A DNA stretch of 64,000 nt from Candidatus Thiopontia autotrophica (GTDB lineage Bacteria > Pseudomonadota > Gammaproteobacteria > GCF-002020875): the NCBI GenBank assembly GCA_014384675.1, contig JACNFK010000024.1, forward strand, positions 17,018-81,017, read 5' to 3'. Shown piece after piece: positions 61,756 through 64,000 of the stretch; within the stretch, counting starts at the first letter, position 1, and each line of letters begins with the position of its first letter. A model generated the notes under the pieces. That model was not told where the DNA came from, did no database searches, and saw nothing but the letters and a program-made list of their open reading frames with translations. Made by a program: the position numbers and the translations under genes.

Positions 61756-62499
61756 ATGAATCACCTGAGGGTAAGGTTTGTGCTGGTAGAGACTTCCCAT
61801 CCGGGAAATATTGGAGGCGCTGCGCGTGCCATGAAGAATATGTCTCTTGACCAGCTGGTGTTGGTTAATCCAAAACAGTTTCCATGTGCTGAGGCGACCT
61901 CGCGGGCATCAGGGGCAGATGATATTTTGATGAACGCCTCTGTTGTCAAAACGGTAGATGAGGCGCTGAATGGGTGCTCTCTGGTTATCGGAACTACCGC
62001 ACGTCCCAGAAACCTGTATCTGCCTGAGCTTGATCCAAGGGAGTGTGCCGAGAGAGTTATGGATGAGTCTCTCAAGGGGGAGGTTGCGGTACTGTTTGGT
62101 CGAGAAGATTCCGGGCTTAGTAATGAGGAGCTGGATCGCTGTAATCTGTTGATGAGGATCCCAACCAGTCAGGATTACTCTTCACTGAATCTTGGGGCTG
62201 CAGTGCAGGTTCTTGCTTATGAGTTGATGATGCAGAGAGGTACACAATTAAAGCGACCTGTTGGAGAGGTTGTGCGTCAATATCCATTGGCAACAGCGGA
62301 TGAGATGGAGGGCCTTTTTGGGCATATTGAGAAGGTAATTATCGAGACCGGTTTTCTTGATCCAGAAAACCCCAGACAGGTAATGCGTCGTCTGCGTAGA
62401 CTGTTTAACAGGGCAGAGGTGGATCACAATGAGATTAATATTCTTAGGGGTATTCTTACCTCTATCAATTCCAATATGGGCCGTTCCAGAAATGTATAA
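61756..62499 (+). CDS. trmJ: tRNA (C32/U32)-2'-O-methyltransferase
   Basis: HPGNIG.AARAMK, FGREDSGL and YSSLNL. Confidence 0.93.
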   Translation: MNHLRVRFVLVETSHPGNIGGAARAMKNMSLDQLVLVNPKQFPCAEATSRASGADDILMNASVVKTVDEALNGCSLVIGTTARPRNLYLPELDPRECAERVMDESLKGEVAVLFGREDSGLSNEELDRCNLLMRIPTSQDYSSLNLGAAVQVLAYELMMQRGTQLKRPVGEVVRQYPLATADEMEGLFGHIEKVIIETGFLDPENPRQVMRRLRRLFNRAEVDHNEINILRGILTSINSNMGRSRNV

Positions 62500-62544
62500 T
62501 CTTGCAATAATAATTTGATTGGGATTTTGGAAAGTTGACGAGCA

Positions 62545-63378
62545 ATGTTTAAGCGTATAAAAGAAGATATTCAGTGCGTATTCGAAAGAGACCCCTCGGC
62601 AAGAAATTCTGTTGAGGTTTTGATCTCATACCCAGGTGTGTTTGCGGTATTGATGCACCGTTTTAACCACAAGATATGGAATGTTGGATTGCGAGGGGTT
62701 GCACGCTGGTTGTCCACCATTGTTCGCTGGATAACCGGAATCGAGATTCACCCTGCCGCAACCATTGGCCGACGTTTTTTCATTGATCACGGTATGGGGG
62801 TGGTGATTGGTGAGACTACGATGATTGGCGATGATTGTACTCTATATCATGGCGTTACTCTGGGTGGAACCAGTTGGGACAAGGGTAAACGTCACCCTAC
62901 ACTTGAGAATAATGTGGTGGTTGGAGCAGGGGCAAAGATTCTTGGTCCAATCGTGCTTGGTGAGGGTGCACGGGTAGGATCCAATTCTGTTGTGGTCAAG
63001 GATGTACCCAATGGGGCCACGGTTGTTGGTATTCCTGCACGTATTATTCAGCGCAAGAAACCAATTAATCCTCATGTTGAGGAGTTTGCCAAGAAGATTG
63101 GTTTCGATGCCTATGGCGCCTCCAGCGAAATGCCGGATCCCGTTGCTAATGCCATAAACTGTATTCTGGACCATGTGCACGCTATGGATTCACAGATGGA
63201 GCAGATGTGCGATGCCATCAAGCAGATTGGTGGTGAGGTTGAGGGGGTTGATCTTCCCGCAATAAACGTATCCTGTTCAATCCGCAAGCAGTCCTGTGAT
63301 GTTGATTGTGATAGTGACGCATGTTCTGTAACAGTTGATAGTAGTGGTCTAACAGGCAGTTCAGAAGCCGCAAAATAA
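62545..63378 (+). CDS. cysE: Serine O-acetyltransferase
   Basis: [25 protein letters not shown] and hexapeptide repeats. Confidence 0.96.
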   Translation: MFKRIKEDIQCVFERDPSARNSVEVLISYPGVFAVLMHRFNHKIWNVGLRGVARWLSTIVRWITGIEIHPAATIGRRFFIDHGMGVVIGETTMIGDDCTLYHGVTLGGTSWDKGKRHPTLENNVVVGAGAKILGPIVLGEGARVGSNSVVVKDVPNGATVVGIPARIIQRKKPINPHVEEFAKKIGFDAYGASSEMPDPVANAINCILDHVHAMDSQMEQMCDAIKQIGGEVEGVDLPAINVSCSIRKQSCDVDCDSDACSVTVDSSGLTGSSEAAK

Positions 63379-63433
63379 ACTTGACCTTTTTAGTCAGTTA
63401 AAGCAATATAACCACAGTAATTTTCTGGGTTAT
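63376..63433 (+). promoter_or_regulatory. Putative tandem IscR type-1 operators
   Basis: AAACTTGACCTTTTTAGTCAGTTA and the palindrome ATAACC.CAG...CTGGGTTAT upstream of iscR. Confidence 0.55.
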
Positions 63434-63457
63434 TATTATTTAAGCTGAGGAGACCTT

Positions 63458-63916
63458 ATGCGTCTGACAACAAAAGGAAGGTATGCGGTTACTGCCATGC
63501 TGGATCTGGCAATTAACGAAGGCTGTGGGCCAATTACACTCTCTGAAATTTCTGGACGACAGGGGATATCACTCTCCTATCTCGAACAACTTTTTGCCAA
63601 GTTGAGGAAAAAGGGGTTGGTCAAAAGCTCACGTGGACCTGGGGGTGGTTACCGCTTGGCGCAGAGAGCCAATGATATTGCTATCTCGGAGATTATTCTT
63701 GCAGTGGATGAGGCTATTGATGTTAGAAAGTGCAAGGGTGATGGAAATTGTCAGGGGGACCACAGTTGTCTGACTCATGATCTGTGGACTGATCTTAGTG
63801 ACCAGATTCAGGATTTTCTCTCTTCTATCTCATTGGGTGCACTTACAAAGAACAAGAGCATCCATGAGTTGAATCGTTGCCATGGTAACGCATTGCAAGA
63901 AGAGGCAGCAGCCTGA
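63458..63916 (+). CDS. iscR: Fe-S cluster assembly regulator IscR
   Basis: MRLTTKGRYAV, SYLEQLF, RGPGGGY and C..C..C-LTH.LW. Confidence 0.95.
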   Translation: MRLTTKGRYAVTAMLDLAINEGCGPITLSEISGRQGISLSYLEQLFAKLRKKGLVKSSRGPGGGYRLAQRANDIAISEIILAVDEAIDVRKCKGDGNCQGDHSCLTHDLWTDLSDQIQDFLSSISLGALTKNKSIHELNRCHGNALQEEAAA

Positions 63917-63939
63917 CAGTTACTTTTTGTAATGTACCG

Positions 63940-64000
63940 ATGGCTCTCTATCTTGACTGCAATGCAACGACACCACTTGCCTCAAAGGTTTTTGAGGCAA
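63940..64000 (+). CDS. iscS: Cysteine desulfurase (5' end; runs off the window)
   Basis: MALYLDCNATTPL immediately after iscR. Confidence 0.8.
   Translation, partial: MALYLDCNATTPLASKVFEA

Overview
The window looks like chromosome from a gammaproteobacterium, probably a facultatively anaerobic sulfur oxidiser (inference). Positions ~650-35,500 form a dense denitrification island. It contains a 5'-truncated napC/nirT, napGH, nirFCE, two tandem nirS genes with identical mature regions (one lipoprotein-anchored, one soluble), a NirT-NirB-like hexaheme fusion, a cupredoxin, a DNR-type regulator, a membrane-anchored hemerythrin and a ZnuA-like/SCO fusion. It also has a classical menaquinone gene set (menA,G,E,F,B,D,C plus a thioesterase; no menH) coupled to a clade II nos operon (nosZ, two cytochromes c, nosB, D, G, H, F, L, Y) and six FNR/DNR boxes. 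The first ~650 bp are unrelated: two integron attC-like sites with a non-canonical GGT/ACC core flank a small cassette, and a second cassette is joined abruptly into napC. The rest is mostly housekeeping: purT, three tRNAs, thrS-infC-rpmI-rplT-pheST-ihfA, mscS, HU, proS, ilvIHC-pssA-leuA, rimI, suhB, trmJ-cysE-iscR-iscS. That part also holds a sulfur-globule-like protein, an FKBP-rhodanese fusion and several copies of an IS5-like MITE. All calls come from motif recognition by eye; no database searches were run.
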